64,000 bases of DNA from contig OY970218.1 of assembly GCA_963713975.1 (NCBI GenBank), forward strand, positions 224,001 to 288,000, in the 5' to 3' direction. Shown here piece after piece: positions 45,299 to 55,953 of the stretch; the stretch's first letter is position 1, and every line of letters begins with the position of its first letter. Source of the DNA: an uncultured Chloroflexia bacterium. GTDB lineage: Bacteria > Chloroflexota > Limnocylindria > Limnocylindrales > CSP1-4. The position numbers were made by a program, and so were the translations under genes. The notes under the pieces were generated by a model that did no database searches, was not told the origin of the DNA, and saw only the letters and a program-made list of their open reading frames with translations.

Positions 45299-46671
45299 CG
45301 AAGCGGCGCCGTGCGCGGATCGAACGGGTGCTCGCCGATCGTGGCGAGGCGGCCCCACAAGCGTGTCGCCTGGGCACGAGCGGCGTCGAGGAGCCAGTCC
45401 TCGCCTACGAACCGGAGGCGGTGGCCAAGGACGGCGACCTCGCCTGCAACGACCACGTCGCGCACGTTGCGCGCCGAGAGGCCGAACACCCAGTGGCCGG
45501 GGAAGGTGTCCGCATCGGCCGGCGTGGGGACCGCGTGATCCAGGACGACGAGGTCCGCCGGCGCGCCCGCCTCGATCCGTCCGAGCAGGGGCTCGCCGAA
45601 GGCACGGCCCGCGACCCGTGCCGACTCCGCCAGGCGCGCCAGCACCCAGCGCGGATCGGGCGCCACCCCCTCCTCGCGCGCCGCGAGCCAGGCGGTCCGG
45701 GACTCCTCGAACATGTCCGCGCCGATGCCGTCCGTGCCGAGGGCGACCCGGGACCCCGGGAGTGCACGGGACCCCAGGAGCGCCGGTCGCCCCACGGCGT
45801 TGTTCATGTTGGACCGGATGTTGTGCACCACGGTCGCCCCGGCTTCGCGCACGGCCTCGGCCTCCCGCTCGTCGAGGTGCACCCCGTGGGCGAGCAGCGA
45901 CAGCTCGTCCAGGGCACCTGCCCGGGCGAGTCGTTCGATGACGGGGATCCCGAAGCGGGCCCGGCAGTCCGCCTGGTCCACGGCGTCCTCGGCAACGTGC
46001 ACGTGGAGGCCGGTCCCCGTGTGACCGGCGGCCTCGACGCAGGCAGCCAGGGTCGCGTCCGAGAGCGTGAACGAGGCGTGCGCCCCGACCATCGAGCGGG
46101 CGAGCGGCAGCGCCCCACCCGCCGCATGCTCGGCGAAGCGGCGGTTCTCGCGCAGGCCTGCCGCGGAGCACTCGGGTCCGTCCCGATCCGACACCTCGTA
46201 CGCGAGGATGCTGCGGATCCCGGTGGCCGCGAGCGACTCCGCGATGATGTCGAGCGAGCCGGCGATGGCATGCGGGGAGGCGTGATGGTCGACCACGGTG
46301 GTCGTGCCGGCCAGCAGGGCCTCCATGCCGCCGACGAGCGCGGAGGCGCGGATCGATCCCTCGTCCAGCCCGCGGTCCAGCCGCCACCAGACGCGTCGCA
46401 GGATGTCGACGAAGTCCCGGGGAGGCTCCAGGCCGTAGGGCATCCCCCGGGCCAGCGCCGCGTACAGGTGGGTGTGGGCGCAGACGTTGCCCGGGATCAC
46501 GACGCAGCCCCGTGCGTCGATGCGGTTCACGCCGGGATCATCGTCCCCGGACGCGTCCGCCACGGGGCTCACCTCGAGGACGCGGCCGTCGCCCACGAGG
46601 ACGTCGGCGACCTCGACCCGCACCGGGTCCAGGGACGTGACCACCGTGCCGCCGGTTACGAGCAGGTTCAT
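45295..46671 (-). CDS. ssnA: SsnA-like amidohydrolase
   Basis: CAHTHLYAALARG, WWRLDR.LD, DHHASP, YEVSDRDG, GAHASFTLSD, HVAED and SNMNNAVG motifs. Confidence 0.85.
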   Translation of the reverse strand: MNLLVTGGTVVTSLDPVRVEVADVLVGDGRVLEVSPVADASGDDDPGVNRIDARGCVVIPGNVCAHTHLYAALARGMPYGLEPPRDFVDILRRVWWRLDRGLDEGSIRASALVGGMEALLAGTTTVVDHHASPHAIAGSLDIIAESLAATGIRSILAYEVSDRDGPECSAAGLRENRRFAEHAAGGALPLARSMVGAHASFTLSDATLAACVEAAGHTGTGLHVHVAEDAVDQADCRARFGIPVIERLARAGALDELSLLAHGVHLDEREAEAVREAGATVVHNIRSNMNNAVGRPALLGSRALPGSRVALGTDGIGADMFEESRTAWLAAREEGVAPDPRWVLARLAESARVAGRAFGEPLLGRIEAGAPADLVVLDHAVPTPADADTFPGHWVFGLSARNVRDVVVAGEVAVLGHRLRFVGEDWLLDAARAQATRLWGRLATIGEHPFDPRTAPLR

Positions 46672-49307
46672 CGCCGGGTCCCTCCGCCGGCGGGCTCACG
46701 ATCGAGTCGTGGCAGCAGCGCGTGGGCTGCGGCCGAGTCGCGCATCGGGAGCCTGGTCCTGCGGACGCCGTCGAAGGCGTGCAGCGCCGAGGCTACGGCC
46801 GCCGCCGTCGGGACGAGCACCGCCTCGCCCATTCCCTTGGCGCCGCGGGGGCCCTCGGGCTGGGGGACCTCCACCAGGATCGTCTCGACCGGCGGCATCG
46901 TGGCGGCCGGGATGATCCCGAGCGACTTGAGGGTGTCGTTGACGGGCATGCCATCCTCCACGATGAACTCCTCCGTCAGGGCCATGCCGAGGCCCATGTG
47001 GACCCCGCCCTCGACCTGCCCCTTGAGCAGTGCGGGGTTGAGCGCGCGCCCCACGTCCTGGGCCGCGATCACGCGTTCGATCCGTCCGTGGTCATCCAGG
47101 ACCACCACCTGGGTCGCCCAGCCGTAGGCGAAGTGGGTGACCGGCTCGTCGACATCGGGCCCGAGCGGTGTGGTCCAGTCGACGACGAACTCGCCCGGGA
47201 ACTCCCTGCCGGCGAGATCCTCCATGAGCCCATCGCCGACGGCCGCGGCAAGCACGGCGCAGGCATCGAGGACGGCCCGGCCGCCCAGCATCGTGGCGCG
47301 CGACGCCGTGGTCTCCCCGGTGTCGAGCTCGTGGCCCGTGTCGACGACGACCCGGATCCGCTCCGGTGCGATGCCCAGCTCCTCGGCGGCGAGCTGGCGG
47401 AACACGGTGTGGCACCCCTGGCCCATCTCGGTCCAGGAGTGGAACAGCGTCACGGTCCCGTCGGCCTCCGGCCGCAGGACGGCCCGTCCACGCTCGATGA
47501 GGCCGTTGCCGACGCCCACGTTCTTGGCGCCGCAGGCGATCCCCGCGCACCTCGCCGCCCGGTAGGCATCGCGCACGGCAAGCAGCGTGGCCCGGATCCC
47601 GACGCCGGGCCCCAGCCGCTGGCCCGTCCCGAACCGGTCGCCCACGTCGAGCGCGTTTCGCCAGCGGATCTCCCAGCCGTCGATGCCCGCCTGCTCGGCC
47701 AGCATGTCCATCACGCCCTCGAGCGCGAAAGCAGCCTGGTTGGCCCCAAAGCCCCGCATCGCGCCCGACGGCGGGTTGTTGGTGTAGACGGCTCGCGCCT
47801 CGACGTCCACGTTGGGGACGCGATACGGCCCGCAGGCGTGGCCGGCCGCCCGCTCCAGCACCTTGCCGCCCACGCTGGCATACGCCCCGTTGTCCCCGAC
47901 GATGCGCGCCCGGATCGCGACGAGCCGGCCGTCGGCATCGCAGCCCGCCGTGTAGTCCAGCCACATCGGGTGGCGCTTGACGTGGAACCGGAGGCTCTCG
48001 ACGCGGCTCAGCCGCAGGAGGACCGGCCGGCCGGTACTGACGGCGAGGAGCGCGGCCTGCCCCTGGACGCTCAGATCCTCCTTGCCGCCGAAGGCTCCGC
48101 CCGTCGACACCTGGGTGACCATGACCTCGGCCGGCTCGAGGGCGAGGAACGACGCGACCTGGCGCCGGTCCTCCCAGGCACCCTGGCCCTCCGAGTAGAC
48201 GTGGACGCGCGGCAGGGTGACCCGCACGCCATCCGGTCCGACGGCCCCGCGCGGGACCGCGAGGCTCGCCTCAGGCTCCAGGAACGCATGCTCGATCGCC
48301 TGCGTGCGGAAGCTGGCGCTGGCCACGTGGGTGGCCGAGGCGAGGGCCGCCACCGCGTCGCCACGCCGGATGGCGGAGCTCGAGAGCACGTTGCCGCCCT
48401 CGTGGACGGCCGGGGCTCCCTCCTCGAGGGCCTTGAACGGATCGGTCACGGGCGGCAGCGGTTCCAGCGCCACCTCGATCAGCGCCGCGGCCCGGATCGC
48501 GATCGCGCGCGTCTCCGCGGCCACGGCCGCGAGGATGTCGCCCACGTAGCGTGTCGTCTCGCCCTCGGCCACCAGCAGCGGCCAGTCGGGGACGATGAGC
48601 CCCTGCTCCCGCCGGCCCGGGACGTCCGCAGCGGTCACGACGGCGACAACACCGGGCAGCGCGGCTGCGCGGGTGGCGTCGATGCGGTGCACGACCGCCC
48701 GCGGCGCACCGGCGAAGCGGAGCGCGCCGTGGAGCATGCCGGGCGCCACGAGGTCCGCGACGAACGGCTTCTCCCCCAGCGCCAGGGCATGGCCCTCGTG
48801 GCGAGCTCCGAGACCACGGGTCGCGCCCGGATCCCTGGCCAGCAGCGCCCCACCGCGCCGCGTCCGGGCCGCCAGCTCGATCGCGTCGACGATGGCCACA
48901 TACCCCGTGCAGCGGCACAGGTTCCCGGCCAGGGCGTGCGCGATCACCTCGCGGGCGGGTTCGGGGTTGCGCCGCAGCAGGGCCTCGGCCTTCATCACCA
49001 CGCCCGGCGAGCAGAAGCCGCACTGCGACGCCCCGGTCGCCACGAACGCGTCCGCCCACCCGTCCCGGACATGGGCCGACAGGCCCTCGAGCGTCTCCAC
49101 GGCACGGCCCCGCACCCGGTCCACCGGCTGGGCACAGGACACGACCGCGTGACCGTCCACGATCACGGTGCACGCCCCACAGGAGCCCTCTGGCGAGCAG
49201 CCGTCCTTCATCGACCGGAGGCCGCACGTATCCCGCAGGACGTCCAGCAGCGATGCCCCGGGCGCCGCATCCACAGCGACGGCCCGGCCGTTGAGCGTGA
49301 AGTCCAT
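46668..49307 (-). CDS. Selenium-dependent xanthine dehydrogenase-type enzyme ([2Fe-2S] fused to Mo domain)
   Basis: KDGCSPEGSCGAC, QCGFCSPG, EHAFLEPE, GGAFGGKEDL, H.KRHP, MRGFG and KGMGE; 879 aa. Confidence 0.88.
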   Translation of the reverse strand: MDFTLNGRAVAVDAAPGASLLDVLRDTCGLRSMKDGCSPEGSCGACTVIVDGHAVVSCAQPVDRVRGRAVETLEGLSAHVRDGWADAFVATGASQCGFCSPGVVMKAEALLRRNPEPAREVIAHALAGNLCRCTGYVAIVDAIELAARTRRGGALLARDPGATRGLGARHEGHALALGEKPFVADLVAPGMLHGALRFAGAPRAVVHRIDATRAAALPGVVAVVTAADVPGRREQGLIVPDWPLLVAEGETTRYVGDILAAVAAETRAIAIRAAALIEVALEPLPPVTDPFKALEEGAPAVHEGGNVLSSSAIRRGDAVAALASATHVASASFRTQAIEHAFLEPEASLAVPRGAVGPDGVRVTLPRVHVYSEGQGAWEDRRQVASFLALEPAEVMVTQVSTGGAFGGKEDLSVQGQAALLAVSTGRPVLLRLSRVESLRFHVKRHPMWLDYTAGCDADGRLVAIRARIVGDNGAYASVGGKVLERAAGHACGPYRVPNVDVEARAVYTNNPPSGAMRGFGANQAAFALEGVMDMLAEQAGIDGWEIRWRNALDVGDRFGTGQRLGPGVGIRATLLAVRDAYRAARCAGIACGAKNVGVGNGLIERGRAVLRPEADGTVTLFHSWTEMGQGCHTVFRQLAAEELGIAPERIRVVVDTGHELDTGETTASRATMLGGRAVLDACAVLAAAVGDGLMEDLAGREFPGEFVVDWTTPLGPDVDEPVTHFAYGWATQVVVLDDHGRIERVIAAQDVGRALNPALLKGQVEGGVHMGLGMALTEEFIVEDGMPVNDTLKSLGIIPAATMPPVETILVEVPQPEGPRGAKGMGEAVLVPTAAAVASALHAFDGVRRTRLPMRDSAAAHALLPRLDREPAGGGTRR

Positions 49308-49504
49308 GGGACCCCTCGCGGCCGGTCCCCGCTGGACCGTCTGGCCCTAGCCGGGAGCGCTCCGATGTCGAATCGTAGGGACGACTCGAGGGACCCCGCG
49401 CGTGCCAAGTGTCCCGACTCCGCACGAGGCCTGTCCCGAGCCGTCGGGCGACCGACCCACCGTCACGGCTGAAGCCGGGCCGTCGCCAACAGCAGGAGGT
49501 CGTG

Positions 49505-51001
49505 ATGCGCCGACTGGGACTTGAACGGGACGTCGTGGACCCGGTCGTCCGGGACCGTGCTGCCGATCGCTGCCGGTCCCTGGGCGTGGTCCTGCCGACC
49601 TTCGCCCAGCTGGCCGATCCCGACCTCGTCCCCAGCGCCGTGGCCGAGCGGCTTGCCGCCGTCGATCCTGATGCGCCCGATCCGCTCAACCTGTACCGCG
49701 TCCACTGGTTCAATGACGGCACGCGGGCCGCCCGGACACACGTCCCCGACCACCTGGTCCTGCCCGAGGCGCTGACCGGCGTCGTCTCGCCGATCGTGAT
49801 CGCGCTGGGCGACCGGTTCCCGATGATCCGGTCGCACAAGGTCATCGCGGCCTACGGCTGCCTCGCGCCGCGGATCGTGACCGGCCAGTTCGATCCCGCG
49901 ACGGAGCGGGCGGTCTGGCCGTCCACCGGCAACTACTGCCGGGGCGGCGCGGCGATCTCCCGGATCATGGGCTGCCGCGGCGTGGCGGTCCTCCCCGAGG
50001 GAATGAGCCGCGAGCGGTTCGAGTGGCTCGAGCGGTGGGTTGCCGACCCGTCGGACATCATCCGGACGCCGGGCACGGAGAGCAACGTCAAGGAGATCTA
50101 CGACCGCTGCGCGGAGCTCGACCGCGAGCCGGACACGGTGATCTTCAACCAGTTCAGCGAGTTCGGGAACCACGTCGCCCACTACGCCCTCACTGGCCGT
50201 GCCCTGGCGCACGTGTTCGAGGCGGTCCGGGCCCGGCAGCCGAGCGTCCGCGCCGCCGCGTTCGTGTCGGCGACCGGGTCCGCCGGGACCATCGGGGCCG
50301 GCGACTACCTCAAGGAACGGCTCGGCTCGCGGACGGTGGCCGTCGAGGCACTGGAGTGCCCGACCATGCTCGCCAACGGCTTCGGCGAGCACAACATCCA
50401 GGGGATCGGCGACAAGCACATCCCGCTCATCCACAACGTGATGGCGACCGACCTCGTGGCGGCCGTCTCTGACCGGGCCACCGATGCGCTCCTAGTGCTG
50501 TTCAACACGGCCGTCGGTCGCGAGTACCTCGTGCGGCGACGCGGCGTGCCCGCCGAGATCGTGAGCGCCCTCGGGTCGCTCGGCGTGTCCTCGATCTGCA
50601 ACGTGCTGGCCGCGATCAAGGTGGCCCGCCACCAGCACCTCGGACCCGACGACGTGATCCTGACGGTCGCCACGGACGGCGCGGAGATGTACGCGACCGA
50701 GCTGGAGCGGATCGCCGCCCGCGACTTCCCGGGCGGGTTCGACGAGGTGGCGGCCGGGGAGACCTTCGGGGCCTACCTCAACGCCGTCGCGGAGGACCAC
50801 GTCCTGGAGGCGACCCGCGCCGATCGCGAGCGGATCTTCAACCTCGGCTACTACACCTGGGTCGAACAGCAGGGGGTGCCGATCGACGAGTTCGAGGCCC
50901 GCCGCCAACCGGACTTCTGGACGACGATGCGCGGGATCGTCGACCGCTGGGACCAACTGATCGACGAGTTCAATGCGCACGTCGCCGGTGGACCGGCCTA
51001 G
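49505..51001 (+). CDS. Fold-type II PLP-dependent enzyme (cysteine synthase/threonine dehydratase superfamily)
   Basis: SHKV (PLP Lys), [17 protein letters not shown] and IQGIGDKH motifs; AGGAGG RBS. Confidence 0.85.
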   Translation: MRRLGLERDVVDPVVRDRAADRCRSLGVVLPTFAQLADPDLVPSAVAERLAAVDPDAPDPLNLYRVHWFNDGTRAARTHVPDHLVLPEALTGVVSPIVIALGDRFPMIRSHKVIAAYGCLAPRIVTGQFDPATERAVWPSTGNYCRGGAAISRIMGCRGVAVLPEGMSRERFEWLERWVADPSDIIRTPGTESNVKEIYDRCAELDREPDTVIFNQFSEFGNHVAHYALTGRALAHVFEAVRARQPSVRAAAFVSATGSAGTIGAGDYLKERLGSRTVAVEALECPTMLANGFGEHNIQGIGDKHIPLIHNVMATDLVAAVSDRATDALLVLFNTAVGREYLVRRRGVPAEIVSALGSLGVSSICNVLAAIKVARHQHLGPDDVILTVATDGAEMYATELERIAARDFPGGFDEVAAGETFGAYLNAVAEDHVLEATRADRERIFNLGYYTWVEQQGVPIDEFEARRQPDFWTTMRGIVDRWDQLIDEFNAHVAGGPA

Positions 51002-51017
51002 TCGAGGAGGTGGCCGC

Positions 51018-52481
51018 ATGAGCGCTCCATCGCCGCGCCGGAGAGAGGTCCCACCGCCACCCGCGGTCGAGACGGGGCTCGCGTGTGCCGGGTGTGGCGC
51101 GCTGGGACCCGCCCACCACCCGTTCACGCCACGCTGCCCGAACCGCCGCGCCGGCGACGACATCGACCACGTGATGGCGCGCGGCATCGACCTCAACCGC
51201 CTCGACCCGCCCGCCGACCCGGACCCGAATCCGTTCGTCCGCTACCGGGCCCTGTTCCACGCCTACCACGTTGCCCGGGCGGCGGGCTGGGGTGACAGCC
51301 GCTACGTGGGCCTGGTGCGCGAGCTCGACGATGCCGTGGCACGCGTGGACGGCAAGGGGTTCCGGGTCACGCCCCTGGTGCGGGCGCCGGGGATCGCGCA
51401 TGCCGCCGGCCTCGGCGCGCGGGGGACGGTCTGGGTCAAGGATGAGACGGGCAACGTCGCGGGATCCCACAAGGCGCGCCACCTGTTCGGGGTCATGCTG
51501 GAGCTGCGCGTGGCCGAGGCGATCGCGGGCAGGGAGCCCATTGAGCCCGCGGCACCGCTGGCCATCGCGAGCTGCGGCAACGCCGCCCTGGCCGCCACCT
51601 TGGTCGCCCGGGCGGCCCAGCGCGAGCTCCAGGTATTCGTCCCCGCCAGTGCCGACGTCGCCGTGGTCGACAGGCTGCGCGATCTCGGTGCAGCTGTCGT
51701 CGTCTGCCCCCGCCGTCCTGGCGAGACGGGCGATCCGTCGTACCACCGGATGCAGGAGGCCCTGGCCGAGGGCGCCATCCCGTTCACCTGCCAGGGCCCC
51801 GACAACGGCCTCGCGATCGAGGGCGGGGCGACCGTCGCCTGGGAGATCGTGGACGCCATGCGCGCCGCCGGCGCGTCCCTCGACCGCATCGTCGTCCAGG
51901 TTGGCGGCGGGGCACTCGCATCGGGGATCATGCTCGGGTTCGACGACGCTGCGGTCATCGGCGCGCTCGGGGTCGTCCCGCGCCTCGACACGGTCCAGGC
52001 GCGCGGTGGCTGGCCGCTCGTCCGCGCCTACCGGCAGGTGCTCGCCGACCTCGGCACCGCCGCCGGGGTGCCGCTCCGCCCGGACGTCGTGCACGACGCC
52101 ATCCGTCACGCGGCCAACCACCGGTCGCGCTACATGTGGCCCTGGGAGACGGAGCCCGTGAGCGTCGCCCACGGCATCCTGGACGACGAGACCTACGACT
52201 GGCTCGCGGTCGTGCGGGCGATGCTGGCCACCGGGGGTCGCGCGATCGTCGTCGACGAGGCCGACCTCGTCGAGGCCAACGAGATCGCCCGGGGGGCCAC
52301 CGGCATCGACGCGGACGAGACCGGCACCGCGGGGGTCGCGGGCCTGCTGGCCCTTGCCCGCGGCGGGTTTGTACGACCCGGCGAATCGGTCGCCGTGGTC
52401 CTCAGCGGCGCCCGCCGTCCCGCCCCATCGGCAGCAGCGTCCTCCACTCAGCCCAGGTCATCGCAACGGAGCACGCCATGA
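51018..52481 (+). CDS. Threonine synthase-like PLP enzyme with N-terminal zinc ribbon
   Basis: CAGC..RCP, WVKDETGNVAGSHKARH, ASCGNAA and QVGGGAL motifs. Confidence 0.85.
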   Translation: MSAPSPRRREVPPPPAVETGLACAGCGALGPAHHPFTPRCPNRRAGDDIDHVMARGIDLNRLDPPADPDPNPFVRYRALFHAYHVARAAGWGDSRYVGLVRELDDAVARVDGKGFRVTPLVRAPGIAHAAGLGARGTVWVKDETGNVAGSHKARHLFGVMLELRVAEAIAGREPIEPAAPLAIASCGNAALAATLVARAAQRELQVFVPASADVAVVDRLRDLGAAVVVCPRRPGETGDPSYHRMQEALAEGAIPFTCQGPDNGLAIEGGATVAWEIVDAMRAAGASLDRIVVQVGGGALASGIMLGFDDAAVIGALGVVPRLDTVQARGGWPLVRAYRQVLADLGTAAGVPLRPDVVHDAIRHAANHRSRYMWPWETEPVSVAHGILDDETYDWLAVVRAMLATGGRAIVVDEADLVEANEIARGATGIDADETGTAGVAGLLALARGGFVRPGESVAVVLSGARRPAPSAAASSTQPRSSQRSTP

Positions 52482-53431
52482 GAAGCTTCCTCGGCCGCGA
52501 CATCCTCTCGCTCAAGGACTTCAGCCGCGACGAGTACTTCCGGGTCTTCCAGGTCGCCGACGACCTCCGTCCCTTCGCCCGGGACCGCCGGAACACCGAC
52601 CTGCTCAAGGGCAAGACCCTGCTGACGGCCTTCTACCAGCCGAGCACCCGCACGCGCCTCTCCCACGAGGCCGCGATGCACCGGCTGGGCGGCGCCGTGC
52701 TGGGGTTCAGCGACGCCAAGATGACCCGCGCCGGGGACTTCTACCAGGAGTCGATCAAGGACACGTTCCACATGCTGGAGTACTACGCGGACGTGATCGC
52801 GATCCGCCACTTCCGGCAGGGAGCACCGCACGAGGCGGCCAAGTGGGCGTCCGTCCCGGTCATCAACTGCGGCGACGGATGGGGCGAGCACCCGACCCAG
52901 GTCCTCACCGACCTGTACACGATCCTCCACGAGAAGGGCACCCTCGATGGGCTGACCTACCTCCTGGTCGGCGACATGCGGATGCGGACGATGCACTCGA
53001 TCCTGTACGCGCTCTCGCAGTTCGACGCCCGGGCCATCGTGGTCGGCCCTCCGGACATGAGCCTCCTGCCGGAGTTCAAGGAGGAGATCGACGCGCTGAA
53101 CGTGGACTACGTGGAGGCGGGCGACGTCCGGGACGTGATCGGCGAGGCGGACATCATCTACATGGAGCCGGTGGTCCAGGCGGACTACACGGCGTCGCGC
53201 GTGGAGCGCAGCGGCGATACGGGCCTCACGCCACCGGAGTACGTGGTCACGCGCCAGCTGCTGGCCGACAAGGCACGGCGCTCGTCGATCATCCTCCACT
53301 CGCTGCCGCGGATGGACGAGCTGCCCGAGGACGTGGACGCGACCCGCCACCAGCGGTACTGGTCGGAGGCCTTCAACGGCGTCGCGCTCAAGATGGGCCT
53401 GCTCGCGCTGATCCTCGGCGCCGCCGAGTAG
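52478..53431 (+). CDS. Aspartate carbamoyltransferase-like enzyme (divergent substrate site)
   Basis: FYQPSTRT, RH, GDG.GEHPTQ and HSLPR retained; canonical KGE and RxQxER absent. Confidence 0.85.
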   Translation: MRSFLGRDILSLKDFSRDEYFRVFQVADDLRPFARDRRNTDLLKGKTLLTAFYQPSTRTRLSHEAAMHRLGGAVLGFSDAKMTRAGDFYQESIKDTFHMLEYYADVIAIRHFRQGAPHEAAKWASVPVINCGDGWGEHPTQVLTDLYTILHEKGTLDGLTYLLVGDMRMRTMHSILYALSQFDARAIVVGPPDMSLLPEFKEEIDALNVDYVEAGDVRDVIGEADIIYMEPVVQADYTASRVERSGDTGLTPPEYVVTRQLLADKARRSSIILHSLPRMDELPEDVDATRHQRYWSEAFNGVALKMGLLALILGAAE

Positions 53432-53440
53432 GGGCGCGTC

Positions 53441-54418
53441 ATGCAGACCGACCTCCGTGGCCGCGACCTCATCAGCCTCCAGGAGTGGACGAAGGAGGAG
53501 ATCGACACCGTCCTGGAGGTGGCGCTCCAGCTCAAGCGGGAGCGTGCGCTGGGCATCGCCCACCCGCTGCTGCGGGACCGGGTCCTCGCGATGCTGTTCT
53601 TCTTCTCGTCCACCAGGACCCGGGCCTCGTTCGAGGCAGGCATGGCCCAGCTCGGCGGCCACGCCCAGTTCATCGAGAGCCGTACCACCCAGATCGCCCA
53701 TGGCGACACGGCCACCGAGATCGGCGAGATCCTGGGCCGCTACAACGACGGCATCGCGATCCGCAACGTGGACTGGGGCATCGGCAACGGCTACATCCGT
53801 GACGTAGCGGCGGCCAGCCGGGTCCCCGTCCTCAACATGCAGTGCGATCTCTACCACCCGCACCAGTCCCTCGCCGACCTGCTCACGATCATCGAGAAGA
53901 AGGGCGACCCGAAGGGGCGCACGATCGACATCAGCTGGGCGTACGCGGCCAGCTACCAGAAGCCGATCAGCGTCCCGGTGGACCTCTCCCTGCTGACGAC
54001 GCGCTACGGGATGCACGTCCGGCTTGTCCACCCGCCGGAGTTCCGGCTGCCGCAGGACCTGGTGGACCAGGCCGCCGAGAACGCGCGCCGGAGCGGAGGG
54101 TCGTTCCAGCTGATGGACGACTTCGAGACCGGCATGCGTGGCGCGGACATCGTCTACGCCAAGAGCTGGGGGGCGCTCCTTTCGGCGACGTCCGAGGAGG
54201 AGGGCGCCGCAACGGCCAGGCGGTACACGGACTGGATCACAGACGAGCGGCGGATCGCGCTGGCCGCCGAGGACGCGATCTACATGCACCCGCTCCCCGC
54301 GGACCGCAACGTGGAGGTGGCCGACGCCGTGATCGACGGTCCGCACTCGGTCGTCTACGACGAGGCCGAGAACCGGCTGCACGTGCAGAAGGCGGTGATG
54401 GCGCTCACGATGCGCTAG
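53441..54418 (+). CDS. Knotted YgeW/N-acetylornithine-type carbamoyltransferase
   Basis: SSTRT, TQIAHGDT, NMQCD..HP.Q, SWAY..SY.KP.SVP, VYAKSW and MHPLPAD match the YgeW-like pattern. Confidence 0.82.
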   Translation: MQTDLRGRDLISLQEWTKEEIDTVLEVALQLKRERALGIAHPLLRDRVLAMLFFFSSTRTRASFEAGMAQLGGHAQFIESRTTQIAHGDTATEIGEILGRYNDGIAIRNVDWGIGNGYIRDVAAASRVPVLNMQCDLYHPHQSLADLLTIIEKKGDPKGRTIDISWAYAASYQKPISVPVDLSLLTTRYGMHVRLVHPPEFRLPQDLVDQAAENARRSGGSFQLMDDFETGMRGADIVYAKSWGALLSATSEEEGAATARRYTDWITDERRIALAAEDAIYMHPLPADRNVEVADAVIDGPHSVVYDEAENRLHVQKAVMALTMR

Positions 54419-54550
54419 GCCGTCCCGTCCCTCCGTGGGGCACGCCAGCCAGCCGTCCTCGCTCATGGTGGTGCGCGGCGCATGTTGCCGCCATAGGTCA
54501 GACTTGACGCCGCCACGATCGGGCGCGGCCCCGAAGACCAGGGAGCATCG

Positions 54551-55921
54551 ATGATCCACGACCACGCGCACGACAACGACGAGCTCACTCCGGCCTACGC
54601 CGGCCGGCTGCAGAACGCCCGGATGCCCAAGAACTCGCTGCCGGACGGGGAGCTATCCGCGACGTCCGTGTACCGGTACATCCACGATGAGCTGATGCTC
54701 GACGGCAGCTCCCGGCTCAACATGGCGACGTTCGTCACGACCTGGATGGAGCCCGAGGCCGACAGGCTGATGGCCGAGACGTTCGACAAGAACATGATCG
54801 ACAAGGACGAGTACCCGCAGACCGCCGAGATCGAGCGGCGCTGCGTCAACATCGTCGCCAATCTGTTCCACGCTCCCATGGATGCCGAGGCGGTTGGCGT
54901 GTCCACGATAGGCTCGAGCGAGGCGGTCATGCTGGCCGGCCTGGCCATGAAGTGGCGCTGGCGCCAGCGGCGCGAGGCAGCCGGACTGCCCACGGATCGG
55001 CCCAACATGGTGATGGGCTCCAACGTCCAAGTCGTGTGGGAGAAGTTCTGCCGGTACTGGGACGTGGAGCCGCGCTACGTTCCGGTGACCTCGAGCCGTT
55101 TCGTCGTGGACCCGGACGATGTGATGGCCCGCGTCGACGAGCGCACCATCGGTGTCATCCCCATCCTCGGGACGACATACACGGGTGAGTTCGAGCCCGT
55201 CAAGGAGATCCACGACCGGGTCGTTGCCTACAACGCGGCCCACGGACTCGACATCCCCATCCATGTCGACGCCGCGAGCGGCGGGTTCGTCGCGCCGTTC
55301 CTGCATCCAGACCTGGAGTGGGACTTCCGGCTCCCCCAAGTGAAGTCGATCAACGTGTCCGGGCACAAGTACGGCCTTGTCTATCCGGGACTGGGGTTCG
55401 CAATCTGGCGCTCGAAGGAGGAACTGCCCGAGGACCTCGTGTTCCACGTGAACTACCTCGGCGGCGATATGCCCACCTTCACGCTGAACTTCTCGCGACC
55501 GGGCAACCAGATCGTGGGGCAGTACTACAACTTCCTGCGCCTCGGTCGCGAGGGCTACACGCGGATCATGGAGTCGCTCCGCGATGTCGCGCTGTACCTG
55601 TCGGGCGAGATCGCCGGGATGGACCAGTTCGAGGTCATCAGCGACGGCAGCGCCATCCCGGTCCTGTCGTTCAGGACCAAGGGCGACCAGCCGTTCACGG
55701 TGTTCCATGTCTCCGACCAGCTGCGAATGGGCGGCTGGCAGGTGCCCGCGTACACGATGCCGGCGGACGCCACCGATGTCGCGGTCCTGCGGATCGTCGT
55801 CCGCGAGGGCTTCAGCATGGACCTCGCCGAGGGGTTGGTCGCGGCCCTGCACAAGGCCGTGGACCATCTCGTGCAGTACCCGCCGGCCCACCCGCCGGAG
55901 TCCGGCCACTTCGCGCACTGA
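54551..55921 (+). CDS. gadB: Glutamate decarboxylase
   Basis: NMATFVTTWME, NMIDKDEYPQT, HVDAASGGF, SGHKYG and TFTLNFSRP motifs. Confidence 0.95.
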   Translation: MIHDHAHDNDELTPAYAGRLQNARMPKNSLPDGELSATSVYRYIHDELMLDGSSRLNMATFVTTWMEPEADRLMAETFDKNMIDKDEYPQTAEIERRCVNIVANLFHAPMDAEAVGVSTIGSSEAVMLAGLAMKWRWRQRREAAGLPTDRPNMVMGSNVQVVWEKFCRYWDVEPRYVPVTSSRFVVDPDDVMARVDERTIGVIPILGTTYTGEFEPVKEIHDRVVAYNAAHGLDIPIHVDAASGGFVAPFLHPDLEWDFRLPQVKSINVSGHKYGLVYPGLGFAIWRSKEELPEDLVFHVNYLGGDMPTFTLNFSRPGNQIVGQYYNFLRLGREGYTRIMESLRDVALYLSGEIAGMDQFEVISDGSAIPVLSFRTKGDQPFTVFHVSDQLRMGGWQVPAYTMPADATDVAVLRIVVREGFSMDLAEGLVAALHKAVDHLVQYPPAHPPESGHFAH

Positions 55922-55953
55922 GGGTGGCGCAGGCCGGCGGGTCGCCCGCAACG

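Noticed and set aside
49395-49410. TGGCAC on the minus strand as a sigma-54 promoter for the Xdh operon
   Set aside because: No TTGC at the -12 position.
39748-54418. Selenocysteine TGA readthrough in the Xdh/SsnA cluster
   Set aside because: All ORFs are full length without in-frame TGA; Se-dependent Xdh uses a labile Se cofactor rather than Sec.
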